Assembly: GCA_910584785.1 (NCBI GenBank) | Contig: CAJUDX010000001.1 | Location: forward strand, 57,583 to 121,582 | Direction: 5' to 3' | From: an uncultured Lachnospiraceae bacterium | Lineage (GTDB): Bacteria; Bacillota; Clostridia; Lachnospirales; Lachnospiraceae | Length of the DNA stretch: 64,000 bases | In this document: positions 1 to 9,302 of the stretch, one piece after another | How the letters are laid out: each line of letters begins with the position of its first letter | Numbering within the stretch: the stretch's first letter is position 1 | Made by a program: the position numbers and the translations under genes | Notes under the pieces: model-generated | Told to the model about the DNA's origin: nothing | Databases searched by the model: none | Seen by the model: only the letters and a program-made list of their open reading frames with translations

Positions 1-2989
1 GATTATCGACCGCTTCAGCACCTTTGTCAACCCGGACGTGCCGATTCCCTTTGACATTGAACAATTAACCGGGATTAATGATTCCATGGTGCTGGATTCT
101 CCGCCGATCGATGTAATTTTGCCGCAGTTTCTTACTTTTTGCGGGGATGCGGTGATTGTGGCGCATAATGCGGGGTTTGATACAGGATTTATTTCTTATT
201 ATGCAAAAAAGCTGGGTTATGCTTATGCGCCGACGATTCTGGATACGGTGACACTGGCAAGGTTTTTACTTCCGAATTTAAACCGCTATAAGCTGGACAC
301 AGTGGCAAAGGCGGTCGGTGTGTCACTGGAAAATCATCACCGGGCGGTGGACGATGCGGAGGCGACAGCGGGGATTTTTCTTGCCTTTCTTCAGATGTTC
401 AGGGAACAGGAGATTGAAAATCTGGATCAGTTAAATGCGCTGAATAATATGTCCACAGAAACGATCCAAAAGCTTCCCACCTACCATGTGATTATTCTGG
501 CAAAGAATGATGTGGGGCGGATTAATCTCTACCGTCTGGTTTCGCTTTCCCATCTGGAGTACTATGCCCGCAGGCCCCGGATTCCCAAAAGTCTTTTGCA
601 GGAGTACCGGGAAGGTCTGATCATTGGTTCGGCCTGTGAGGCGGGGGAACTTTACCAGGCCCTGCTGCGGGGTGTGCCGGAGACAGAGATTGCCCGGCTG
701 GTGGATTTTTATGACTATCTGGAGATTCAGCCTTTGGGCAATAATGCCTTTATGCTTCGGGATGAGAAAAGTACAGTTAAAAGCGAAGAAGATTTAATTG
801 CCCTGAACAAACGGATTATTGCGCTGGGCAGGGAGTTCGGAAAGCTGGTCTGTGCGACCTGTGATGTACATTTTATTGACCCGCAGGATGAGATTTACCG
901 ACGGATTATCGAGGCGGGGCGCGGGTTTAAGGACTGTGATCTCCAGCCTCCGCTCTACCTTAGAACGACGGAGGAAATGCTTGAGGAGTTCTCTTATTTA
1001 GAGCCGAATGTGGCGGAAGAGGTGGTTGTGACCAATACCAGGAAAATTGCAGATATGTGTGAAAAAATTAATCCGGTAAGACCGGATAAATGTCCGCCGG
1101 TGATTGAAAATTCCGATACCACGCTGAGGAAAATCTGTTATGACCGGGCACATGCAATTTATGGGAAGGAGCTTCCGGGAATTGTAACCGCCAGGCTTGA
1201 GCGGGAATTAAATTCGATTATCAGCAATGGGTTTGCTGTGATGTATATTATTGCCCAAAAACTGGTATGGAAGTCCAATGAGGATGGCTATCTGGTAGGT
1301 TCCCGCGGTTCGGTGGGGTCGTCATTTGTCGCCACCATGTCGGGAATTACCGAGGTTAATCCGCTAAGTCCGCATTATATCTGTCCTTCCTGCCACTACT
1401 ATGATTTTGATTCGGAGGAAGTTAAGCAGTTTTCCGGGATGGCAGGATGCGATATGCCGGATCGGGATTGTCCGGTGTGCGGGAAACCCTTAAAAAAGGA
1501 GGGGTTTGATATTCCCTTTGAAACTTTTCTTGGCTTTAAGGGAGATAAGGAGCCGGATATCGACTTAAACTTTTCCGGCGAATACCAGAGTAAGGCGCAC
1601 GATTATACCGAGGTTATCTTTGGAAAGGGACAGACTTTCCGGGCGGGAACCGTGGGTACGATGGCGGATAAAACAGCATACGGCTATATTAAAAAGTATT
1701 TTGAGGAGCGCGGACAGAGGAAGCGGGCCTGTGAGATTAACCGCCTGGTTTCCGGCTGTGTGGGGGTAAAGCGGACGACGGGGCAGCATCCGGGCGGCAT
1801 TATCGTACTTCCTCTGGGGGAGGAGATCTATTCGTTTACTCCGGTGCAGCACCCGGCAAACGATATGACGACCTCGACAGTGACAACGCATTTTGATTAT
1901 CATTCCATCGACCATAATCTGTTAAAGCTGGATATTTTAGGACACGATGATCCGACCATGATTCGTATGCTTCAGGACCTGACCGGGATTGATCCGGTGC
2001 AGGATATTCCGCTGGACAGCAGGGAAGTAATGAGCTTATTTCAAAATACTTCTGCCCTAAACATTACGCCGGAGGATATCGGAGGGTGTAAGCTGGGGGC
2101 GCTGGGAATACCGGAGTTTGGAACTGATTTTGCCATGCAGATGTTAATTGATACCAGGCCGAAGTACTTTTCCGACTTAGTGCGTATCGCCGGTCTTTCC
2201 CATGGCACGGATGTATGGCTGGGCAATGCACAAACCTTGATTTCCGAGGGAACGGCAACGATTCAGACGGCGATTTGTACGCGGGATGATATTATGGTGT
2301 ACCTGATTAGCCGGGGAATGGAAGAGGGGCTTTCCTTTACGATTATGGAGTCTGTCCGCAAGGGCAAGGGGTTAAAGCCGGAATGGGAGGAAGCGATGAT
2401 GGAGCATGGGGTACCGGGGTGGTATATCTGGTCGTGCAAAAAAATCAAGTACATGTTCCCCAAGGCCCACGCGGCAGCCTATGTTATGATGGCGTGGCGG
2501 ATTGCCTACTGTAAGGTATTTTACCCGCTGGCCTACTATGCCGCGTTTTTCAGCATCCGGGCGAAGGGCTTTAGCTATGAATTAATGTGTATGGGAAGGG
2601 AAAAGCTGGAGACATATTTGGCAGATTATAAGAAGAGAAGTGACACACTTTCGAATAAGGAACAGGATACCTTAAGAGATATGCGAATTGTGCAGGAGAT
2701 GTATGCGAGAGGGTTTACTTTTCTGCCCATCGATATTTACAAGGCGAAAGCAGTGCATTTTCAGATTATGGAAGATAAACTGATGCCGTCGTTAAACAGC
2801 ATTGATGGACTGGGAGAAAAGGCGGCGGAGGGAATTGCCGAGGCGGCGAAGGACGGCCCGTTCTTATCAAAAGAGGACTTCCAGAACCGGACAAAGGTAA
2901 GTAAAACGCTTTGTGATTTAATGGCGAATTTAGGGCTTTTGGGAGATTTGCCGGAGAGTAATCAGCTGTCATTATTTGATTTTGGGTGA
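1..2989 (+). CDS. polC: DNA polymerase III, PolC-type alpha subunit (C-terminal ~985 aa; 5' end lies upstream of the window)
   Basis: The frame is open from the window edge. It shows DnaQ-like exonuclease motifs (HNAGFDTGF, HRAVDDA), then the pol III alpha core (GSRGSVGSSFVATMSGITEVNPL) with the CPSC...CPVC zinc module typical of Gram-positive PolC. Confidence 0.93.
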   Translation, partial: IIDRFSTFVNPDVPIPFDIEQLTGINDSMVLDSPPIDVILPQFLTFCGDAVIVAHNAGFDTGFISYYAKKLGYAYAPTILDTVTLARFLLPNLNRYKLDTVAKAVGVSLENHHRAVDDAEATAGIFLAFLQMFREQEIENLDQLNALNNMSTETIQKLPTYHVIILAKNDVGRINLYRLVSLSHLEYYARRPRIPKSLLQEYREGLIIGSACEAGELYQALLRGVPETEIARLVDFYDYLEIQPLGNNAFMLRDEKSTVKSEEDLIALNKRIIALGREFGKLVCATCDVHFIDPQDEIYRRIIEAGRGFKDCDLQPPLYLRTTEEMLEEFSYLEPNVAEEVVVTNTRKIADMCEKINPVRPDKCPPVIENSDTTLRKICYDRAHAIYGKELPGIVTARLERELNSIISNGFAVMYIIAQKLVWKSNEDGYLVGSRGSVGSSFVATMSGITEVNPLSPHYICPSCHYYDFDSEEVKQFSGMAGCDMPDRDCPVCGKPLKKEGFDIPFETFLGFKGDKEPDIDLNFSGEYQSKAHDYTEVIFGKGQTFRAGTVGTMADKTAYGYIKKYFEERGQRKRACEINRLVSGCVGVKRTTGQHPGGIIVLPLGEEIYSFTPVQHPANDMTTSTVTTHFDYHSIDHNLLKLDILGHDDPTMIRMLQDLTGIDPVQDIPLDSREVMSLFQNTSALNITPEDIGGCKLGALGIPEFGTDFAMQMLIDTRPKYFSDLVRIAGLSHGTDVWLGNAQTLISEGTATIQTAICTRDDIMVYLISRGMEEGLSFTIMESVRKGKGLKPEWEEAMMEHGVPGWYIWSCKKIKYMFPKAHAAAYVMMAWRIAYCKVFYPLAYYAAFFSIRAKGFSYELMCMGREKLETYLADYKKRSDTLSNKEQDTLRDMRIVQEMYARGFTFLPIDIYKAKAVHFQIMEDKLMPSLNSIDGLGEKAAEGIAEAAKDGPFLSKEDFQNRTKVSKTLCDLMANLGLLGDLPESNQLSLFDFG

Positions 2990-3135
2990 GGATTGTTTTG
3001 CCGATATGTTCTGAACCTTGTCCCGGACAACGATGGTGGGTTAGCCTTTAGATGTTGTGGATAACCTGCCAGCGCAGTCCGGGATATTGGTTAGAACAAG
3101 GTTAAAAAAACGACGGTAAACAGCAGTTGATAAAC

Positions 3136-3351
3136 TTAGGCTGGTGTGTTGTTGTTTTCTTTTTTGTTCATTGCTTTTGGCAAATAGGGATATAATTCCT
3201 CATAGGATTCCTGTTCAGCATCGCTTTGCGGCGGGGTGGGAATCAGTCCGGTACAGTCTCCGGCAGAGCAGACCGGAATATCCAGATCGTGAAATTCCCG
3301 ATGGAAACCCATTTCACCGACATCTTTGGCTGAAAGATGGTCTTTTTGCAT
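3136..3351 (-). CDS. hypothetical small protein (71 aa)
   Basis: ORF with a GGTGA Shine-Dalgarno 5 nt before the ATG. I recognise no family. It is divergent from ftsH. Confidence 0.45.
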   Translation of the reverse strand: MQKDHLSAKDVGEMGFHREFHDLDIPVCSAGDCTGLIPTPPQSDAEQESYEELYPYLPKAMNKKENNNTPA

Positions 3352-3470
3352 TTATCTCACCTCATTTCTTTTAAAACTTATCCGACAGAGTCTGACAAGT
3401 ATAATTTAGTATTAAGAGACGGCGGGGATTTTATACCTGTTTTTTGTTATCCGCAGTATTTTCAAATTTT

Positions 3471-3556
3471 GTGTTATTCTGTTATTCCTGTAGAAAGTGT
3501 GTTATTCCTATAAAAGTGTGTTATTCCTGTAAAACGTGTGGGATTTCTGCCAAAAA
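3471..3556. repeat. four head-to-tail copies of a ~19-20 bp unit (GTGTGTTATTCCTGTAAAA)
   Basis: Units lie at 3471-3496 (degenerate, with an internal GTTATTC duplication), 3497-3515, 3516-3535 and 3536-3556 (degenerate). The array sits in the divergent intergenic region between the small ORF and ftsH. Confidence 0.8.
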
Positions 3557-3712
3557 TAAAAAAGGAGCCGGGATTTTAATGAAAAGGGAAAGTGAGTTCA
3601 TAAAAATTTTAACTTTTTCCACTTTCTTTTCCTTGATTTATGGAGAGACTAACACTATAATAGTATGGAATGGCGCAAAATGGGCCTATTCAGATGGAGG
3701 AATGGAATATTT

Positions 3713-5758
3713 ATGGACAACAATAATACACCCGAAAATAATAATAACAGCAAAATACCAAAGGGCAGTCAAACCGTGATTGTCTGGCTGGTGGCGGCTG
3801 TGATTACGTTTCTTGTTATTGGTCTGATGAAGGATGTAGTGACGAAAAATTCCACGCATGAGTTTACCTACAGTGAATTTCTTCAGATGATCGAGGATCG
3901 TCAGCTGGAATCGGTGACGTTTTCCGGTTCGGAAGCTAAGTTGGAGCCGACGAAGGAGATTACCTCCCAGTATCCTCTGGTAAAGTATTATTATACGGTT
4001 TTAGTTGCCAGGGACTTTACTCTGACCGAACAATTAAAGGAAGCCGGTATTGAGATGAAGGAGGAAAAGCAGGATACCAGCATGATTCTGGAATCCATTA
4101 TCAGTTTTGTGATTCCTTTTATCTTTATTGTGGTTTTAATGAATTTTATGATGAAGCGCATGGGCGGCGGCGGAATCATGGGCGTGGGGCGGAGCAATGC
4201 CAAGGTTTATGTGCAGAAGGAAACAGGAATTACTTTCCAGGATGTGGCCGGTGAAGATGAGGCGAAGGAATCGCTGACGGAGATTGTGGACTTTTTGCAT
4301 AATCCGGCAAAATATACGCAGATTGGCGCAAAGCTTCCCAAGGGAGCATTGCTGGTCGGCCCTCCGGGAACCGGAAAGACTTTGTTGGCTAAGGCAGTAG
4401 CGGGCGAGGCACATGTGCCGTTTTATTCGCTGTCCGGTTCGGATTTTGTGGAAATGTTTGTGGGTGTGGGTGCTTCCCGTGTCCGCGACCTGTTTAAGCA
4501 GGCCCAGGAATCGGCGCCCTGTATTATCTTTATCGATGAAATCGATGCAATAGGAAAGAGCAGGGATTCCCGTTACGGTGGGGGAAATGATGAGCGGGAG
4601 CAGACCTTAAACCAGCTGCTTTCTGAAATGGATGGATTTGATTCTTCGAAGGGATTGCTTGTTCTTGGGGCGACAAACCGACCTGAAATTTTAGACCCCG
4701 CGCTTTTAAGGCCGGGACGTTTTGACCGGCGGGTTATTGTGGATAAGCCGGATTTAAAGGGAAGGGTAAATATCCTGCGGGTTCATTCCAAGAATGTGCT
4801 TTTGGATGAAACGGTTGATTTTGAGGAAATTGCCCTGGCGACTTCAGGCGCTGTAGGTGCAGACCTGGCAAATATGATGAATGAGGCGGCGATCAATGCG
4901 GTAAAGAACGGTCGGACGGCTGTTTCGCAGAAGGATTTATTTGAAGCTGTGGAAGTGGTTTTGGTCGGCAAGGAGAAGAAGGACAGAATTTTAAGCAAGG
5001 AAGAGAGAAGGATTGTTTCCTATCATGAAGTGGGTCATGCCCTGGTAAATGCGCTGCAAAAAGACGCCGAGCCGGTGCAGAAAATTACCATTGTTCCGCG
5101 TACCATGGGAGCACTTGGCTATGTCATGCAGGTGCCGGAAGAAGAGAAATACTTAAATACCAAGAAAGAGATTGAAGCGATGCTGGTTGGCTGCCTGGGA
5201 GGACGGGCAGCGGAGGAGCTTGTTTTTGATACTGTGACGACCGGAGCAGCAAACGATATTGAAAAAGCGACCAAAATTGCACGGGCGATGGTGACACAGT
5301 ACGGGATGTCGGAGAAGTTTGGGCTGATGGGCCTGGAAACCAGGGAAAATCAGTATTTATCCGGGCGGGCGGTATTAAACTGCTCTGATGCGACGGAAGC
5401 TGATATTGACAAGGAAGTTATGGCGATTTTAAAGGCTTCCTATGAAGAAGCAAAGCGTCTTTTAGCTGAGAATCGGGAAGCGATGGATAAGATTGCAGAA
5501 TTTTTGATTGAGCGGGAGACGATTACCGGGAAGGAATTTATGGAGATTTTCCATCAGGTAACAGGGAAGAAAGACGGCGAAGGAAAGAAGGATGGCGAAG
5601 TAACCGGTGATGGCGGCGGGAGAGTCAGCCTGCAAAAGGCAGAAGATTCCAGAGAGAACACGGAAATAGAAGTTTTACAAGAAGAAACAGAAGCTTTACA
5701 AGAAGAAACAGAAGCTTTACAAGAAGAAACAAAAGCAGAGATAAGTGAAGTGCATTAA
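3713..5758 (+). CDS. ftsH: ATP-dependent zinc metalloprotease FtsH
   Basis: Walker [12 protein letters not shown] region and HEVGHA zinc motif are present, with two N-terminal TM segments. The ATG at 3713 follows GGAGGAA; the ORF is also open from 3665. The C-terminal tail carries a 21-bp tandem repeat. Confidence 0.93.
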   Translation: MDNNNTPENNNNSKIPKGSQTVIVWLVAAVITFLVIGLMKDVVTKNSTHEFTYSEFLQMIEDRQLESVTFSGSEAKLEPTKEITSQYPLVKYYYTVLVARDFTLTEQLKEAGIEMKEEKQDTSMILESIISFVIPFIFIVVLMNFMMKRMGGGGIMGVGRSNAKVYVQKETGITFQDVAGEDEAKESLTEIVDFLHNPAKYTQIGAKLPKGALLVGPPGTGKTLLAKAVAGEAHVPFYSLSGSDFVEMFVGVGASRVRDLFKQAQESAPCIIFIDEIDAIGKSRDSRYGGGNDEREQTLNQLLSEMDGFDSSKGLLVLGATNRPEILDPALLRPGRFDRRVIVDKPDLKGRVNILRVHSKNVLLDETVDFEEIALATSGAVGADLANMMNEAAINAVKNGRTAVSQKDLFEAVEVVLVGKEKKDRILSKEERRIVSYHEVGHALVNALQKDAEPVQKITIVPRTMGALGYVMQVPEEEKYLNTKKEIEAMLVGCLGGRAAEELVFDTVTTGAANDIEKATKIARAMVTQYGMSEKFGLMGLETRENQYLSGRAVLNCSDATEADIDKEVMAILKASYEEAKRLLAENREAMDKIAEFLIERETITGKEFMEIFHQVTGKKDGEGKKDGEVTGDGGGRVSLQKAEDSRENTEIEVLQEETEALQEETEALQEETKAEISEVH

Positions 5759-5777
5759 ATACGCAGGAGGAATCGGG

Positions 5778-6359
5778 ATGAAAACAGGAAGCTTAAGGGA
5801 ACTGGCAGAGCGCTGCCGCTCGTATCGCAGATTTGAGGAAGAGGAGCGGATTGGCGAGGAAAATTTAAAAGATTTGGTAGATTTGGCCCGGCTTACGGCT
5901 TCTGCGGCAAATGCACAGGCCCTGAAATTCCGGCTGGTTTTTACTGAGGAAGAATGTGAGAAACTTTTCCCCTGCATTGCCTGGGCCGGGGCATTGCCCG
6001 ATTGGGACGGACCGGAAAAAGGAGAGCGGCCTTCGGGCTATATCGTTATCTGCTGCGATTTACATCTTGGGAAAAATAAGCTGTGGGATGATGGAATTAC
6101 AGCGCAGACGATGATGCTTGGGGCTGTGGAAAAGGGTTTTGGCGGCTGTATGATAGGAAGCTTTAAGCATGAGGAGGCTGCCCAGGTTTTGGGCATTGAC
6201 CAGGAAAGCTACAGTTTGGATTTGATTTTGGCGTTGGGAAAGCCTAAGGAAGAGGTCGTGCTGGTTCCGGTGAAAGAGGACGGCGATGTCCGCTATTACC
6301 GGGATGAAAACCAGGTACATTATGTGCCTAAGCGGGCGCTGGAGGAGATTCTTTTGTAA
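5778..6359 (+). CDS. nitroreductase family protein
   Basis: The protein has nitroreductase-fold features (RSYRRF..., GGCMIGSF). The ATG at 5778 follows AGGAGGAA. The ORF-track start at 5745 would overlap the ftsH tail. Confidence 0.8.
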   Translation: MKTGSLRELAERCRSYRRFEEEERIGEENLKDLVDLARLTASAANAQALKFRLVFTEEECEKLFPCIAWAGALPDWDGPEKGERPSGYIVICCDLHLGKNKLWDDGITAQTMMLGAVEKGFGGCMIGSFKHEEAAQVLGIDQESYSLDLILALGKPKEEVVLVPVKEDGDVRYYRDENQVHYVPKRALEEILL

Positions 6360-6385
6360 AGCAGAAGATAGAGATAGACAAGGAT

Positions 6386-6430
6386 AACCAGAGTTTTTCT
6401 GCAAAGAAATGAGGAAGGCTCTGGTTTTTG
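6386..6430 (+). terminator. intrinsic terminator after the nitroreductase gene
   Basis: AACCAGAG (6386-6393) pairs with CTCTGGTT (6419-6426) and is followed by a T-run. The loop is long. Confidence 0.5.
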
Positions 6431-6456
6431 CTTATTTGCATGGAGAGGTGAGAAAA

Positions 6457-6945
6457 ATGCCCTGGAAGCTGAAAGTAAAGGATTATGGGAAAATTAAATA
6501 TGCAGAAATGGAAATGGCTCCTCTTACACTTTTGGTAGGGGATAAACATAAAAAAGCATTGGATATGCTTTTTTATGAGGAACCGGAAATGTGTCTGCAT
6601 CCGCAGCTTCAGCAAAAAATGGCAAAGGTAATTTGTCAGTTGGTGAATGCCGGCCTTGGAATGATGGTTACTACACACAGCGATATTATTCTGCAGCACA
6701 TCAATAATATGATTTGCCTGTCAGAAAGGGAAGATACGGAAAATATATGCCGCCAGCTGGGCTTTATTTCCTGGGATTTATTAAACTGCCATCAGGTAAA
6801 AGTTTATCAGCTAAAAGTAAATTCCCGCGGAAAAACAGAAGTTGAGGAATTAATTTGTGGTAAGAATGGGTTTGCTATTCCTACCTTTAATGATGCGCTG
6901 GATAAAATTATGGATGAAGCCTATTTAATTCAAGGACAGGATTAA
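6457..6945 (+). pseudogene. internally deleted AAA/ABC-type ATPase (AAA_15/21-like) remnant
   Basis: The N-terminus (MPWKLKVKDYGKIKY...PLTLLVGD) runs directly into the Walker-B/D-loop region (LFYEEPEMCLHPQLQ...VTTHSD). The Walker A P-loop and the whole middle domain are missing. Confidence 0.55.
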
Positions 6946-6949
6946 GAAT

Positions 6950-7165
6950 ATGGGAGAGGACAAAAGAGAATTTATTTTACGTCATTTAATGCAGCCCGGC
7001 TTTATGACACATGAGAGCCAAACGATGATTTTAGAAGAAAAAGAAGATTCGGGGAAAAGCCGATTAGTTGTTCAGTTGTTTTCTGAAGAAAATTTATGGA
7101 AAAAAATGAAGGTTGCTGATGCAGCCCCGCTCCTGCGCAAGAGTCCGGCAAGCCGGACTCTTTAA
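6950..7165 (+). pseudogene. short ORF, possible remnant of the ATPase partner gene
   Basis: A 71-aa ORF lies 4 nt after the ATPase remnant. Its 3' end reads into the hairpin at 7141-7160. I recognise no family. Confidence 0.25.
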
Positions 7166-7179
7166 TGATTCTGTTAAAA

Positions 7180-7869
7180 TTAATTTTTACGTTTTGTACA
7201 GCGGATCGTATATTTTTTATTGTTGATTACATTTCCCTCCAGCCGTTTATTGGTTAAGGTGACGGTCCAGTTCCGCATGGAATAGCCTGACGCCTGGTTG
7301 AGCCAGCGTTCATAGCGAAGTTCGTAGGTATTCCCTGTTTTTTGGGTTACTGTGCACAGATAGCTGCCTCCTTTTGTGTTGTCCTCTTCTTCCGGATCGT
7401 AGAAGATAAACTCTGCCATCAGATCTCCATCCTCTTCAAAAATCGAGAGTTCCACGCTGCTTTTTCCCCTGGAATCCGTAAAGGAACCCTTGTATTCGCC
7501 GATGATTTCTGCGGTTTCTTCGTTTTCCTCATCGTTTGTCTGTGTGTTGGTTTGTGCTGTTTGGTTTGTCTGTACTAACTGTGTCTGCACTATTCCGTTG
7601 ACTGACCAGGCTCCGTTGGCATCCAGCAAATAGCCGTCCGGCGTAACACTCCAGGGTACACAGTAGCAATATTCATTAAAGTAATAGCATTCGGCAATAC
7701 CATCATTATTTCCGTCAATCCAGTGCCAGCCTGTAGGCGCACAGGTGCCGTCTCCCCGATCATACCACCAGCCATATTCGCTGTTCTTCCATTCTCCGGC
7801 AAAGGCCGGCAGGCTTAATGTCAAAGCCAGAGCAGCCGTACATACAGAACCTGTTAAAAAACGTTTCAT
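7180..7869 (-). CDS. secreted protein with N-terminal cell-wall-binding (choline-binding-like) repeats
   Basis: A signal peptide (MKRFLTGSVCTAALALTLSLPAFA) is followed by GW/aromatic repeats (GWWYDRGDG..., GWHWIDGNNDG...), a Thr/Gln/Asn linker, and an uncharacterised C-terminal domain. Confidence 0.7.
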   Translation of the reverse strand: MKRFLTGSVCTAALALTLSLPAFAGEWKNSEYGWWYDRGDGTCAPTGWHWIDGNNDGIAECYYFNEYCYCVPWSVTPDGYLLDANGAWSVNGIVQTQLVQTNQTAQTNTQTNDEENEETAEIIGEYKGSFTDSRGKSSVELSIFEEDGDLMAEFIFYDPEEEDNTKGGSYLCTVTQKTGNTYELRYERWLNQASGYSMRNWTVTLTNKRLEGNVINNKKYTIRCTKRKN

Positions 7870-8005
7870 TCTCTTCCCTCCTGGTTTTTGTTGCTTTTTT
7901 TGCTGTTTGTTTCATTCGGTTTAATGTTGCTGTTTACTATTTTACCATAGAGAAAGAAAAAGATAAACCAGGCAGGAAGAATTTATGGTAAAATATTGGT
8001 AAACT

Positions 8006-8099
8006 GGTTTGTGCCAAATATTGTGCCCTGCCGTGAAGTTAAAGCTTAAACGGTAATCAGGCAAATGAGGTTTGTGTCAAACTATTGAACCCTGCCGTG
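8006..8099. repeat. two ~30-bp direct repeats upstream of cbiG
   Basis: GGTTTGTGCCAAATATTGTGCCCTGCCGTG (8006-8035) matches GGTTTGTGTCAAACTATTGAACCCTGCCGTG (8069-8099). The period is 63 bp. Confidence 0.7.
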
Positions 8100-8132
8100 T
8101 GGGCATAAGGATAGATGGGAGGAAAGTTGGTT

Positions 8133-9302
8133 ATGGCGGAAGAAATAAGAAAAGAAGTGCAGAAAGAAATGGTTATTATCTCTTTTACCGAAGAAGGTCA
8201 AAAGCTTTCACAAAAGATCATTTATATTTTGCAGAAGGAGGGAATTTCCTGTACAGGATATTATAAAATTTCTAGGAAAACACCCTCTGCTTTCCCGGAA
8301 TCTCCAGTTTCATCAAACCAATCTTTTTTGCCAGATAACGTTTCTCTTCCAGCGCTTATCCCGCTTTCGACCTCCCTTACCCAGTGGACGGGCGAGCAGT
8401 TTTTACAGGCAAAGGCTTTGATTTTTGTCGGTGCTGCCGGGATTGCCGTCCGCGCATCGGCGCCATGGATCAGGGATAAATTTCAGGACCCGGCAGTGTT
8501 AGTGGTGGATGAAATGGGGAAGTTTGTTATTCCTATTTTATCCGGGCATATGGGCGGGGCAAATGCGCTGGCTTACAGACTGGCAGAAGGGATTCATGCG
8601 GTTCCGGTGATTACTACAGCTACAGATATCCGCGGCTGCTTTGCTGTGGATGTCTTTGCCAGGGAAAACGGGCTTTATTTAACGGATCGGAAGCTGGCAA
8701 AAATGATGTCAGCCCAGGTGCTTGAGGGAAGTCCGATTGGTGTTTTTTCAGATATTCCTGTCCGCCAGGAGGAAATGCCGGGATGCCGTCTGGGGCAGGC
8801 GGAAAAATTAAATCTTTATGTGGGAATCTGGAAAAGGGAGAAATGGGAAAAAGAAACATGGGCAGAACTTCTTTCCGAAAAAAACACCCTGCAGCTGGTG
8901 CCAAAATGCCTTGTTCTTGGCCTTGGCTGCCGAAAAGACATTGCTTCAGAGGAATTAAAAAAACAGGTGATGGAGGGCCTTTGCGAATGGAATATCTGGC
9001 CTCAGGCGGTAAAAAAGCTGGCGACGATTAATCTGAAAAAAGAAGAAAAAGCAATTCGTTTACTGTGCAGGGAAATGAACTGGGAACAGTGTTTATTCTC
9101 GTCCCGCGAACTTGCGGAAGCGGAAGGTAAATTTTCCTATTCTGCCTTTGTGGAAAAGACAACCGGCGTGGGAAATGTATGTGAACGGGCTGCGGCGCTT
9201 GGTGCGGGTTCGCCCTTATTGTTTGGAAAAAAAATAAAAAAGGGAGTTACGATGGCAGCTGCAATCTTATCCGGTCAGATGGAAAAAAGCCGCTGCAAAT
9301 AA
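8133..9302 (+). CDS. cbiG: cobalt-precorrin-5A hydrolase CbiG
   Basis: The CbiG core is present (FVGAAGIAVRASAPWIRDKFQDPAVLVVDE.GKFVIPILSGHMGGAN) along with a CbiG C-terminal domain. The ATG at 8133 follows GGGAGGAAAG. Confidence 0.85.
   Translation: MAEEIRKEVQKEMVIISFTEEGQKLSQKIIYILQKEGISCTGYYKISRKTPSAFPESPVSSNQSFLPDNVSLPALIPLSTSLTQWTGEQFLQAKALIFVGAAGIAVRASAPWIRDKFQDPAVLVVDEMGKFVIPILSGHMGGANALAYRLAEGIHAVPVITTATDIRGCFAVDVFARENGLYLTDRKLAKMMSAQVLEGSPIGVFSDIPVRQEEMPGCRLGQAEKLNLYVGIWKREKWEKETWAELLSEKNTLQLVPKCLVLGLGCRKDIASEELKKQVMEGLCEWNIWPQAVKKLATINLKKEEKAIRLLCREMNWEQCLFSSRELAEAEGKFSYSAFVEKTTGVGNVCERAAALGAGSPLLFGKKIKKGVTMAAAILSGQMEKSRCK

Noticed and set aside
3000-3007. A GCCGATAT octamer (a perfect SigD -10) just after the polC stop, which might drive the 3007-3098 hairpin as a sigma-28-dependent sRNA
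   Set aside because: The hexamer at N14 upstream (TTTTGG) does not fit the sTTAnn pattern of the other four promoters. The predicted start would fall inside the 5' arm of the hairpin. Roughly two chance occurrences of an 8-mer are expected in 64 kb on both strands.
3471-3556. Possible CRISPR-like array
   Set aside because: The repeats are contiguous with no spacers, there are only about four units of about 19 bp, and no cas genes are present.
3444-3779. 111-aa plus-strand ORF upstream of and overlapping the ftsH start
   Set aside because: Its Cys/Tyr-rich sequence is simply the translation of the 19-20-bp tandem repeat array. It has no Shine-Dalgarno and it overlaps the well-supported ftsH start region.
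5745-5777. Nitroreductase ORF start at 5745 overlapping the ftsH 3' end
   Set aside because: The ATG at 5778 has a proper AGGAGGAA Shine-Dalgarno and removes the overlap. The upstream codons are probably not translated.
7870-8132. Cobalamin riboswitch expected upstream of cbiG
   Set aside because: I could not find a B12-box-like core or the expected multi-stem architecture by eye. Only two direct 30-bp repeats are present. A covariance-model scan is needed to be sure.
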